Shown one piece after another: positions 31,553 to 44,100 of a DNA stretch of 64,000 nucleotides. Numbering within the stretch: position 1 is the first letter of the stretch; each line of letters begins with the position of its first letter. The position numbers and the translations under genes are program-made. This stretch comes from Reclinomonas americana ATCC 50394 (taxonomy: Eukaryota), in the NCBI GenBank assembly GCA_048213135.1, contig PS015022.1, positions 1-64,000 of the forward strand, given 5' to 3'. The notes below the pieces were generated by a model, which was not told where the DNA came from, made no database searches, and saw only the letters and a list, made by a program, of their open reading frames with translations.

Positions 31553-32143
31553 CGTTTTCACTTTTTTGTTTTTATTTTATCATCCACTCTTGCGTCGTCG
31601 TGACTGCAGGGGAGGAGAGGGTGGTGGGTTACTGTGATGGTTCCCATTCTCTCTCTTTTTCCATGTCGTGTTGTTGTTGTTTTTTTTTGTGGTCGTTGTG
31701 TGCTGGTTGACGAGAGCGAGACGGTGCGAGTGTTTTATTAATCCACCTTGGTTGTCGACAGACATTGCTTTTATTTTGTGGACGTGTCTTTGTCTGTTTG
31801 GTACGAGGTGCTTGCTGCCGTTCTTTTGGTAAGAGAAAACGAAGGGGTGGGAAGTGCGGGGTGGCGAGGGAGAGGGAGGAAGAAGAACTGTGAATGAAGA
31901 AATACAACTGTGCTTGTGATCAAACATGTTGTTGTTTGTCGTGGGAGCGTGTTTCTGCAAGGGTGGGAGGATAGCTGCTGGGATTCGATGTTCGTCGTCT
32001 TGGTGGACGGAGACAGCAGCATCGATTGGGATCGAGAGTGTAAGCAAATGTCGCTGTTCCGACGAAACTGTAATTTACAGTCCTGATGTCCGAGAATTTA
32101 TCGTTTTTTTCGCGGTTTGTACGAGAGAAACGTGAGCACTGAA

Positions 32144-33792
32144 ATGTCGACCGCAGCAGCACCAGCACCACCAGCAACGACGACGACAAGACGCAGTGCG
32201 TCTGGAGCGCGTCCGACTGCTCTTGTCGCGACCGCCAGTCCCACTGGCGTTGCGGGACGACGGAGTAGTGTGGCGGCGATCACGCCAGTGCGGCGGCAGT
32301 CGCGACAACACGTTCCACACGACGCCTATCTGCAAGAGTTGTTGCTGTTGGAGGCGGCACTGGAGGGCGCTGGTGGGTCACGTGGAGACGATGCGCTGTG
32401 CTCAGAGGAGGACGAGGAGGTGGAGGAGGCGGATGAAGACGTTCGTGACAATCACGACGTGCTGGTCATGAGAGATTCTCCGGCAGTGTCGACGTCGCTG
32501 TCGTCGACGCCTCCACGACGCAGGTCGCCGAGCACTGTGGCCGATGGCTTCCGCTATCAGAACGTTGCGTGTGGAAGCATGCAGAGTCAGAGTCAAGTTC
32601 GTTGTTCTCATTTGTGCTGCTGCTGTGCAGGCGGGTGGTGTGATTGAGGTGTGGCGCTCGCTCTTCCGCACTGGTGAGTACGCCGATGTGACGATCTTGA
32701 CTGGTGCTGAGGAGACGCCGATTCGCGCGCATCGACTGGTGCTGACGGCCTTCTCCAAGTACTTTCGCGACTGCCTCGGCGACACCTTTTGGCAGGAGAG
32801 CAGTGGAGTGATTCGCAAGCCGAATGTGCGACCGGCAGTCATGAACGAACTGCTGCGTTACTGGTACACGGGCGAGGTGGAGGCACAGGGTGAGATGGTG
32901 TATGAGCTGATGCTGGCGGCGGAGGAGCTGCTGGAGGAGGACTTGCGGCTGGCATGCGAGGAGCACATTATGCAAGGCATTGGATTCGACAATGCGGTGG
33001 CGTTCCTCGATCGCATCACCAGCGGCCAGATGTATCACGATGGACGGCTGCGCGACGCGGCGCTGGCCGTCATCGACGCCCACTTTTCAGTGGCCATGAG
33101 TGCGCCTTCGGCTAAGCGTGTTTCCGAGGCCACAATGAGCACGGTTCGTGTAAGACGACAATGTGTGTTATGGCTGGTGTTGCGTATCTCACCTTTCTTT
33201 GCAGATCCTCAGCCGCGACGAGATCTGTGTCCCAGACGAGGACACAGTGTGGCAGGCGCTGGCTGGCTGGGGTCGCTGTCAGGCCAATGTGCTGGAGACA
33301 GACGTCAGTCGGTGGACCGAGGCAGAGCGCACTCGGTTCCGCGACGCCATTCTGCCCCTCAGCCGCCACATTCGACCGCTGCTCATCACCCCCAAGTTCT
33401 TCGCCACCGACGTGGAGAGCACCAACGTGTTCTCCATGGAAGTCGTGCTGGAAAGGTACCGCCTGCACGCCAACCCAGACGCGATGCGAGCAAGCCGCGA
33501 CCACAACGATCCGCGACTGCGCCAGCGTGGTCTTGCCGCCGCCATGGCCGCCGCACTGCTCGACCGCAGCTCCAGCGATCGCTCAGCGACGAGTGGCAGC
33601 AGCAACAGCAGCAGTAGCAGCTCGAGGAGTCACCGCGGGAGCCCGGCTCCGGCACTGTCGACCATTGTGGCAGGCGCGCAGTTCCGCAATGCCAAGTCTG
33701 GTGGTGGCGGCAGTGGCGGCAATAGCAGTCGATCGACACCAGTGCGATCGCTGTACGGTGGGAACGCGACGCCCACTCGCGATCGCATGTAG
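32144..33792 (+). CDS. Eukaryotic BTB/POZ-BACK domain protein (3 exons)
   Basis: YADVTIL...IRAHRLVLTAFSKYF...LLRYWYTG (BTB); ILSRDEI...EDTVWQAL-x-x-W (BACK). Introns ~32564-32630 and 33144-33204. Confidence 0.85.
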
Positions 33793-33892
33793 CACGAGAC
33801 AGTGGAACTGAGTAGTGAGGGTGAAGTGAGAGGAAAAAACTGCGATAACGAACGCCAAGCGCGCACTGTAAATCAACAACAATCAATCAATC

Positions 33893-34430
33893 ATGGGTGA
33901 CCAAGACGGAGGAGATCTGCAGGGCGCACTGCTGAGCATGCTGCAGGTCATCATGCGTAAAGCCCAGTCGCCTCTCAACGGTCTCTCACACAAACACAAA
34001 CACACAGCAAACCAAGTGTTGGAAGGAGACTGAGAAACTGCAGGTGTGTGAGGGAGTGTGGAGCCTGCGTGTCTTTGTGTGCTCACTCTCGCGCAGGAGT
34101 GTGCACAGCAGCACCAGTTGACTGCCGCCTCCATGGCATCGCTGAGCAACTCGCCATGTGTGTCTCACGGAGAGGTGCGCATCACGAGTGCGTGCATCTT
34201 GTGGTCTTGTCACCTCCCTCACTGACACGTGCATCACACAGGCCATGGTCAAGTGCATCTCCACCGAGTTCAATCGCATGCTGGACCACTGTCAAGCGCA
34301 GAATACGCGAGTTCGTGATTGCATTGAGTCGGCGACACTGGCGACTGTCGACGCGAAATGCCGCGGTGATTATGACGGCTTGGTGCAGTGCTTGACGGAG
34401 TACGCACTGGGAGATGGCGTGCAGAAGTGA
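33893..34430 (+). CDS. Small protein with four CX9C motifs (mitochondrial IMS CHCH-type; 4 exons)
   Basis: Spliced product contains CWKETEKLQEC, CVSHGEAMVKC, CQAQNTRVRDC and CRGDYDGLVQC. Confidence 0.75.
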
Positions 34431-34451
34431 ATTCGTTACGCTTTTCTTTTT

Positions 34452-36290
34452 TTACTCGGCTTTGCGGTCGACAATGAGCAGTGTGGCTGAGGTGATGCCG
34501 GCGTCGCGCAGCGAACCCATGCGACCCTGGTGTTGTTTGTGTTGTGTGAGCAATTCACTGTCATGAAGGCTGCGACAGGGACAGTCGACATGTTACCAGT
34601 GACTGGCCGGGCGATGCTGGCGAGCGCAGCTCGAACGACAGTGATCGAACTGCGTTGGCGACAAAGTCGAATACATCCTGCACATTGCCGTCGAGGGCGA
34701 ATCGCCGGTTGACATTGTTGAGTGTGTCGATACCTGGAGCGCGAAACTTGATGGCCACCGAGGGCACAGAGGCGTCGGGTTCCGCCGGGCACGGTGGTAT
34801 GACTGAGTGGTAGGCACAGAGTGAGTGGCACGGAGGAGAGAAACGATCGCCATGCAATACGAGAACCTGGCGGCGGTGGTGGTGGAGCAGGCGGAGCGCG
34901 GCGTTCCAGGTCCGCTGCCGTGCCACGAAAGAGAACACAGAGTGAGCAGAAGAGGGAGGGTCGCCAGTTGCATCTTGTCACAACGCACTCTGCTGCCGAC
35001 TGGCGGCGATCGCCATTTGCAACATTTCCTCTTCCGACATATCCTCCTCGTCGACGGCAATCACCTCCGCTGCACGTGCACAGTTACGTGGTGTCAGCAC
35101 TTTTCGCCCATTGTATGCCCTCCCCATGCGAACAACGCACGCTGCGAGTCTGACAAGCTGGCCGCAATCGCTCTCCGATAATCCTCATCAAAATCGTCGT
35201 GCCCCGCTCCACCGCCGCCACTTCCGCCACCCCGAGCAGCGCCGCCCCGTCCGGCACCACCAGCACCACCACCTCGTCCACCAGCACCGGCGCTGCTGAC
35301 AGGATTCTCGGGCAAGTATTGCGCCTGCACACCTCAGTCAATCCAAGAGGACGGCGAGCCGTGCATGTGCCCTCTCCTCCCCCCGAACCATTTGGTTAGC
35401 CCCACAGTCCGGCAGATTGCCCTTGACTGCAAACACGGTGTATCCCTCCTGTCGCAGCGTCTCAATGAACATGCTGCAGGCGGCAGGCAGCGATGAGCAC
35501 ACTCTGGGCGATCGACCAGTCAGTCACCACCGCTCAAACATGCCTCAAGTACGTGGCCGACAGATACTCGGGCTCATCGAGCAGACTGTTCAAGTTGACC
35601 CAGTGCTTGCCTCCAAACTTACGAAACGTGAACCAGTGCGCCTCGTGGTTGCACATGAAGGCATTCTCCAAACTGCTCAGCATATGAGAGCATGCACAAA
35701 TAGCTGCCTCTCTCTCTCTTTCTCAACGAGACGCAACGCTGGGTACTCTCTGGCCCTCTGACTCTCAGCGTCCTCCCCATCTGCACACTCACATGAGTGC
35801 CAGTTGCGCGAGAGTGATCGCACACTCTCTAAACTCACTCACTCACCAATGCGAACAAGAGACAAGTCAGTGCGTGCCAGCGCCACTGTGAGCACTTGCA
35901 GCGAGAAGTTGCCATCGTCAGAGACGTTCTCACTCTCCCTCTGTGTACTTGCGCTTGTCAAACAGGGCACGCTCTCTCTCTCTCTTTCCATCTCTCTGTG
36001 TGTGTGGGCACTCAACAGACATGAACTCGAGGTACTCTCGACTGTCGCCACCTGTCGCCGACTTGATCACATCGCCCTCTTGTCTATCCAAGTCTTGCGC
36101 GATCTCCATCAAGTCCACCTGTAGTGTGCATCAACAACCTGTCTCTCTCACTTGCTCATTGTCAGAGAGCAAGGGGTACCTCTGTGTACATGTCGCACTG
36201 CACGAGGGCGTTGAGTGAGTGCACTGCACACAGTGCGCCCACTTGCTTCTCGTGGTACACATAGTCGCGTACAAAGTCACGCCACTCCAT
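34452..36290 (-). CDS. Ataxin-3-like Josephin deubiquitinase with two UIMs and a C-terminal UBX domain (multi-exon)
   Basis: YHEKQ-x-GALCAVHSLN, GNFSLQVL, HWFTFRK and WVNLNS (C/H/N triad); UIMs RRAIAASL and LQMAIAAS; UBX-like IKFR-x-P...RRF...VFDFV...SLRDAGI. Confidence 0.85.
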
Positions 36291-36401
36291 CTCTCTCTCA
36301 AACAAACGAAGAGTGAAACTGTGTATTCGTTGTTGCGATGAATGGACCAATCGTTGTGGTGCTTTTGTCGTCTCTTCTCCCACTGGAGAAGAAGGCCAAG
36401 C

Positions 36402-38001
36402 TCACGTCCGCACAATGCTCAGCTTGAGATGCAGGTATAGTTTCTTGATGGAGAGCAGCGACAGTTTCTGCAGGAGGGAGGATGTCAACGAGAGCAGCAC
36501 AACAACAACATCGCGGACATGCTCGAATGCAACAGCAACCTTGCGCGTAAAGTCTGCCCGCCACATGAAGCAAAGTGAGAAAGCGGTAGACGACAACACC
36601 GGGTAGCATGGCTAGCGTGCACACCTGTCGGCTTCTTGTAAATCTCCAGCGCAATCGCACCGTCCTTCACCTCGTCCATCTCCATGAACGAGAAACACCG
36701 CGTGCTGATCTTGCCGGGCTTGTGCTTGTAGTGCTTCATCTCGAAGAAGATGGTGGCCGTTGGTCCGAGGTCCTCCAGTGGCGTCTGAATGTACACCGAG
36801 AAGCCAAAGAGCAGGTGTCGACTCTCGCGGTTCGGCGAGTACGGCGTCTCCTGCGGTGGCTCCAGCTGCTCACCCTTTGCATCTGCAATCATGGACGCAC
36901 AGTTGCATCATCTCTTCAGCACACGCAGGCATGGGCGAGGTGCAGGTGACTTGCGGCGCCGCAACTGACGACAGTGATGGCGATGAGCGGATCAAAGTAG
37001 CGCGGTGCATCCTTCAGACCGATCTTGTTGACGTCGATCTGCAGGTAGCTGCGGTTCGGCTTCAGCACCGGCTGCGACAGCAGCTTGCCACCGCGCGCAA
37101 TCTCCGTCGAACCCGGCCCACCCGCCGAACTCGAGCCCACCGAACCCGACGCACCGCCCGCAGCCGCCGATCCACCAGCACCACCTCCCCGCGCCTGCGG
37201 CGACGACGGCGACATGGACATTACCGCATCGCCCGAGGTCGGCGACGAGCTCTCCTCGTCCGAGTCGGCACCCGTCGGCGACGCCTCGCGCACACGGCCA
37301 CGCAGCGTCGTCACCGTCGTCGGTCGCCCACTCGCCGTCCGACTCGGCTCCTCGTCCACCAGCGCCGCCTCCAACTGCGCCGAAAACGGCGCCAAGTTCA
37401 CCGGAAACTGCGCCACATCCCTTCCCTGCTCCAACGTGCTCAACACTGCACCCGCACAAATCAGTGTCATTGCCTGCACAGTGCGCGCGATCAAGACACT
37501 GACCGCTCTTGAGCAGCTTCATATCATCAGCACTGATGCCGCGATGATTCGCCGTTCGAATGGCATACAAGCGCAGACGCAGTGTGTTGGCAAACTTGAC
37601 CAGTGTGCTCTGCTCAATCAATCAATCAGTGTTTGGCGCGCGCTTATCATGACAAGTCGTAATGAGTATGCAACCTTGATGCGACTGTAGTCGGCGCTCT
37701 CTGACGCGCTGTTGATTGCCATCAGCAATCTGCAACAAGACAGAGAGAATGAGTGAGGCAAAGAGAGTGAGAGGCAGAGAGAGTGTGCATGCAAGATGAG
37801 TCGCAACTTGTCGTATGACTCTGTGGCCTCCACCATCTGACCCCACGTGTCAGAGTCGACCGCATCTGCACACAGAGACACAGAGAGACACACACACAAA
37901 GAGAGTGACATTAGACAACTCCTTCTCATGCACATCTCTCGCTCGTTTTCTCACAGACCATCCAGCAGACGCTTCCACCGTCTCAACTCCACAGCAGACA
38001 T
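36402..38001 (-). CDS. AIDA: Axin interactor, dorsalization-associated protein (AIDA N-domain plus C2-Aida; multi-exon)
   Basis: D-x-WGQMVEA...Y N-terminus; KIGLKDA, IFFEMKHYK, STRCFSFMEMDE, LEIYKKPTD and LYLHL motifs. Confidence 0.9.
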
Positions 38002-38141
38002 TCAACACTGAGCGCGCGCGTGAGAGAGACAGAGATAGTGGAAGACTGCGCGCGCGGGACAGTTTGCGTGGACAATAACCGTGACGTCAGCAGAGCCGGT
38101 GCGCTAACACACACCGTCTCTCTCTCTCTCTCCGCGCTGTG

Positions 38142-41100
38142 ATGGACGGTGATGCAGTTGGACGGGAGCTGAGGTGAGCAACTGCTTGTGTGCATATCTG
38201 TGTGTGTCTGTGTGTGTGTCTTATATTGTGTGTGTGCGTGTTCAGGGCGTATGAGGTGTGGGTACGCGGATGGATCGGTGAAGACGAGTATCCGGGCGAT
38301 GAATCGCTGGGTTTTGTGGAGGACTTGCAGAATGGTAACACACGATGCACGTGTTGGTAATCCGTTGTGTGTGCGGCCCACTGAACGCTCTCTTCTCTCC
38401 CCGTTTGTTGGTGTCTGCTTGCGTGTTTGTTTGCGTTTGGTTTCGTGTGCGTTAGGCCGCCTGCTGGCTCGCTTTGCGGAGCGATTGCTGGGTCTGAAGA
38501 TCGGTGCCATTGCGGTCAATGTTGCTCCGTCCATGATTGTGCTGGAGGTCAGTCTCTGCTCTTCTCTCCCCCCCTCTTGCACACACACGCACATGCACAC
38601 TGCGTCTTCGCCTCTCTCTTTTGCCCGCTTTCCGTCTCGTTTGTGTGCGATCGCCGATCGCGGTCCGTTTTTCATGTGAAATTGGACCACACTCACACTC
38701 GTCGGGTGGGCCCCGTTCCTGTCCAACTGCAGCATCGCACCAATCTGAAGGAGGTGTTTGCGGCACTGCAAAAAGCCGGTTACTCACCACCGGCATCGCT
38801 CTTTGGCAGCAAGCCGGAGAATGGTGCGTTGTGTTCCACCGGTGTGCGTGTCGTCATTCCGAACTGACGAGTTTTTTTTTCCTCCTCGTAGTCATTACCG
38901 ATCGCGATGAGGCCGGTGTCACGGAGATCATGTGGTCGCTTTTTGAGCACTTCATTCTCAACCAGATCTCGTACGGCGGACTCGGCGGCCAAGTTGCGTG
39001 CTCTCACATACCCGCTCCCACGCACCCACAGCACTCACCTCCCTCCAGGAGGCACTGATTCAATGGCTGAGAGATCTGGTGCGCGTCTTTCCAACGGTGG
39101 AATTCAACGACTTCCCCGAATCGCTGCGCACTGGCATCATCCTGTGCTACGTGTACCATCGGTTCGACTCGTCGGCGCTGCCGATCCGCGAAATCATTGT
39201 GGGGAGTCCCACGGAAGAGAACTTTCGCCGCAATATCGCGAATGCGCTCGACGTGGGTGCGCGGCATTTTGAGGTACCGGCCGTGTTCGAGCCGGAGGAG
39301 CTGCTTGGCCCACAGCCGAGTCAGCGGATCGTCACGCTCTACATTGGTCTCGTGCACAAGCGATTCGAAAAGTCGGCACGAGTTGCGTTGTGACAAGCGA
39401 TGAGGATTGCTCTTGACAACAAAGGATACGCATCGCACTGACACTCCTACCTATATCGCAGTCGACCATCAATCTGCGACGTCTGGCGCAGCTGGTCCGC
39501 TTCCAGCTGGTGACCGAGGACATGAAGCATCGACAAATCTCACTGACCGGCACGCTGTTGGACTGGATCGACAAGAGCCACCAGCGACTGAGCACGGACG
39601 ACATGCCCGGAACACTCAAGGAGATTGAGCGCAAAGACGCCGACTTTGACCAATTCCGCTCGGAGATGTTCGAGGCTGGTGCGTCGCTGCACTTTGCGCT
39701 GTGTTTGTATGTGTGCATCACTGACCACTCGCATGTCACAGGCTTGTCGGCAATGGTCGAGGTGCTCGATGGCTATCACGAACTGTACGCACGCACCGCT
39801 TCTCGGCGACGACGCATGGTGGAGCTGCCGGCCGACTGCTCTCGTGAGGTGCGCTTTCCATTATCGTTTGCGCTCGTCCCCACCCTTGTGCGTCTGTGCG
39901 TGCTCATGGTTCGTTTGCAGAACGTGGAGGCTCGCTTTGTGTCACTGATTGACGCGCAACAAGCGTTCGAGCAATCGTTGCTGTCGAGCCATGGCGTTTC
40001 GACAGCCATCGACAGCATGTGCCAGTTTTTCGACACGCAGGGATCGCAGTTCTCCGGCTGGGTGGATGTCGAGACACACAAATTGCTGGACGACGCCAAG
40101 CTCGACGGCGATGAGTCGCCACTCACCGCCGTTGCACCGCAGTCGCCACGCGGTCACGGGTCACCAGTCGGCGATGAGGAGATGCTGTCATTGCCGGAGC
40201 TGTTGGTTTCGTTGTCTTCACTTTCTACAGAGCGGCTGTCCTTGCCTCCCACTCACATCGTCACCGGTAGGATCGCGAGCGAGAATTGAACGATGTGCAC
40301 ATGAAGCGCATGCGTTATGAGGCGGTGTTGGAGGATCTGCGTGTGTTGGACATGCAGCTCCGCACGCGCGGTGTGACGGATCCGGAATTTGGCGAGTCAA
40401 CACTGGAGGAGTTGGATCGTCTGTGGCAGGAGTTCGAGGGTGTGTACTTCTCCAAGGAGAGCGCTGTGCAGAAGCGCATCATGGGCGTGTTCCAGGCCAA
40501 GTTCCTGCAAGCCAAATTTGCGGTGCTGGCGGAGGATTTCACGTTCGAGATGGCGCGCGTGGTGGGCAAGCTGGAGGCGCCGTGGCTCGGCTACTTGCAG
40601 CTGAAGAAGACCGTGGAGGACTTTGACGGGGAGTTGCGCAAGTTCAACTCCACCTTGGACATGCTGCGCGAGCTGGAGGTCAGCACGCGCTCGTTGACGC
40701 ACGAACCCAACCCCGACACGAATTTCACGTACTCGGTGTGTTTGACATCCTCCACGAGGCTGTGTGTGTGTGTGTGTGTGTGTGTGTGCCACCTTGCTCA
40801 CCCACTCTTTTTGTTCTTGTTCGTGATACCAGACACTGGTGGATGTGCAAGACGAGGTGCGTGTGCTCATCACGGCTGCGGAGACGGACCTCAAGCGCAA
40901 GAGCGAAATCGAAGAGGCCAAGTTGACGTTTGTGGCCCGCTGCAAGACGGTGCACGATTTCTTGACGGCTCGTGCCCCACGGCAAGTCATGCAAGCTCTG
41001 GTGGTTGCTTTCCCCGGCCGCCACGGTGTTGAGGGTGACACTGCCTCTTCGTCGCCGACGACGCAGCACGAGTTTGATGTGGAGCAGGCATCGGCAGCCA

Positions 41101-44100
41101 GTGCACAGATGAGCTCGCTTGTGCGTGAGCAAAAGGCGCTGCAGACTCCGCTGCAGGAGGCGGCGCGGACATGGGAGTTTTTGAGTCTGCGCGGCGTCTC
41201 CGAGTTGTTCCCCTTCCGTATCGACTCGGTGCGATCGCGCTTCACACTGACCGAGGGCGTGCTGCAACTGCTGGAGGAGTTCATGCGCGGCCAGTTGGAG
41301 AGACATCGCACTGCTACCGAACAGCTGGCGGTGCGTGCTGTCTGCAACACAACGAGCATTGCTTGTATCTCTCTCACTGTGCGTGCGTGTGTGTGTGCGT
41401 AGCTTCTGGAGCGCCAGGCTGCGGCATTCAGTTCACATGCGGATTCCGTTCTCGCTGCCATGCAGACGCGAGACGACGGCCAGTGGGCCTCATCGGACGC
41501 ACGCAAAACGGCACTCGACGAGGTCGACCGCTTGCTGGCCGACCTCGGCTCCAGCGGCCCGTCGCTCGAAGCTCTGTCACAGACGTTGTCGCAAGTTCTC
41601 GTGCGTGAACTTGCCGTGCGCCGTCGCAGTGGGGCTGTGGAGTTGCTGCAGGTGCGTCACGATGTCGTTGAGTTGACACACATTCTTCCTCTGCACCCGC
41701 CTAACACATCTGTCCGTGTGACAGAACGCGATTGGCAAACTGTTTGGGGTGGCCATTCTGGTGCTGCGCAAGCGTGGTGAGCTGCAGGAGATGGCGTTTG
41801 TGGCGAAGCGCGACGAAACCATCACGGAGAAGATGGAACAAACAATGACGGAGCTGACTGATTGGATGGTCGGTGCGAACTCGGGTGTGCTCCGCCAGCT
41901 GCACCTGGAACAGCTCATGTCGACCGTGGTCGAATTCGGCGCACGCACAATCAGCCGCGACCTCATCCACCGACTGTTCGGCAAGCTGCACCACCATTCG
42001 GCGCGCTTTGTGGAACCAAAGATGAACTCGCTGATGCAACACTGGGCAACGATGGAGTCGCAGCTGCGTGCGAAGACGGCCAACATGCTGACGCACGAGG
42101 CGAAGATCCTCTTCCTTCGTCACTTTGGGGCGCACTTGGAGCGTGTCAGGAGCGATCTGACTGCGGTGCGCGCCGAGAGTGAGAACCATGTGTGGGCCAC
42201 CGACAGCAAGGGTGCGCCGGAGTTGTCTCCCGACGGTGCTCGCAAGTTGGCCACCATCATGGGAGTTTCGTTGGCATTACGTGTGTTTGTTTCGTTGGGA
42301 ACGCAGGAGTGCTGATGGTTCTTTGTCGTGTTGCTTGCAGAATGACTTTGAGGCCATTGTCAAACTGCGCGCCCGTGTGCAGCCGTTGTACACGTACATT
42401 CGCGTGTTGACCTCGGCCTATGCTGTGGCACAGGAGGTTGGCGACTTGTGCGTCACTCCCGAGAATACGGCCTTGTTGGAAGGGGTTCGTTTTATTGATC
42501 GCATGATGTCTTCGGTCTCTCGTCCCACTGCTGCTGACTCCGCGCTGTGCAGTTGCAACAAGAGGCGTCGCTGGTTCGTCAGATGATTCTGGCTCGCAAC
42601 GACCGCGTCAAGACATTCGTGAAGACCATGAGCGATATTGCGGCCACTCGTCGCCAGTACCGTATGGACGCCACTGCTTTCCTGCAACTGTTGGACCGCC
42701 AGCGCGATTCGCTGACGATTCAAGTGGGCGTCGTCACCTTGAATGAGATTCACGTGCGTCTCTGTGTGTGTTTGTGTGCCTCTGCACACGATTCTTACCT
42801 CTCCGTGGCGACGCAGGAACTCGCGCGGAGGCACGAGATGCTGGCCGGCGAATGTGACTCGCTGCAGGTTGAGCTGGAGAAGCTGCGACAGACGTGGTCG
42901 ATGGTGGCGGAGACCGACGCGGCCAGTCTCGACGTTGGCGAGTACTCGGTTCCGGTGCGTAATGGAGTGTTGAGCTTCGGGATTGTGAACATTGTCTCAC
43001 ACAACGATGTTGCGTGCAGTATCTTGAGCACCAGTTCCAACACGTGCGCAAGTTGCTGCACGAGTTTTACGACGAGATCTCCATGGCGGACCGCAAGCAG
43101 GGTTTCTTGCACAGAGTACGTCTTTGCAGCGCCTTTCCCTCGTCTTTACACTTGGCGCTGTGCTCACTGTGCCACCTGACAGTTGTGGGAGTGGAACCGC
43201 ACTCACGTGCTGGTGATTGGCGACTGGGCTGACCGACTGGAGATGGCAGTCAGCACTGTGCGACTGGCGGCCTCTCTGGCCGATGTCGAGGTTTCGTCTT
43301 GGTGTTTTCTTGGCAGTGCTTTGACCCAGCGACTGACGAGTGTTGTGCGCGCACAGTCGGCGTTCCTCATTCTGGGCGAGTTGGAAGCCGAGGGGCGATT
43401 CCACTTGCAGTTGTTGCACGACGTGGTGCAGAAGGAGCGTGCGTTGCAGCGCGAAGGACTGGACATTGAGGAGAATGAGGCGTACCAGGTGCGTTCCGTT
43501 TTTATCACCGATGTGACGTGCACGCGATTGATGTGCTAATCGCTTCAACCAACACCACCACAGCGCCTGGAGGATCGATTGAAGATGGGCCAGAAGCGGC
43601 TGCTGGACACACATCGCGTGCTGGACGATCAACGTGTGGTGCTGGAGTTGAGCGAAGACGCCAGGCACATACTGCACCGCCACCTCACCTCCATTCGGAA
43701 GGTGATGCGTCGCCTGAACGCCGAGCACATGCTGTTCCCGACAAACATCGACTTTGCGTTTTTGGTGCGTACTGCATGCATGGCTACCGTCGTCATACGC
43801 TGTGTCACACTCACCACGTCGAATCTGTGCGGCGCTGCAGACTCAACTGAACACACTGCGCGGTGCACTGGACAAGGTTCTCGGTTTGCAAGTGAGCCTC
43901 GCCGAGGACGCCCGACGAAGGGACGAGCTCCGTGAACTCGTCGGTCAGCTGCGCGAGCGGGTGCCACAGGCAGCCATCCCATTTGCGGCCGTGTTCGAGG
44001 TTTTGTAACGAGTGCCGACGTCATGCACAGTTTGTTGGCCGTGCACTCACCCGCCTGTGCGTGCGACGGAGCAGAAGGTGCACGCCGAGTATCTGTCATG

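Noticed and set aside
29924-31637. ORFs of 325-559 aa spanning the N run
   Set aside because: Artefacts of translating Ns.
31553-32140. Possible minus-strand gene start (MSVDNQ...) next to the gap
   Set aside because: Low-complexity sequence with no recognisable domain; cannot be supported.
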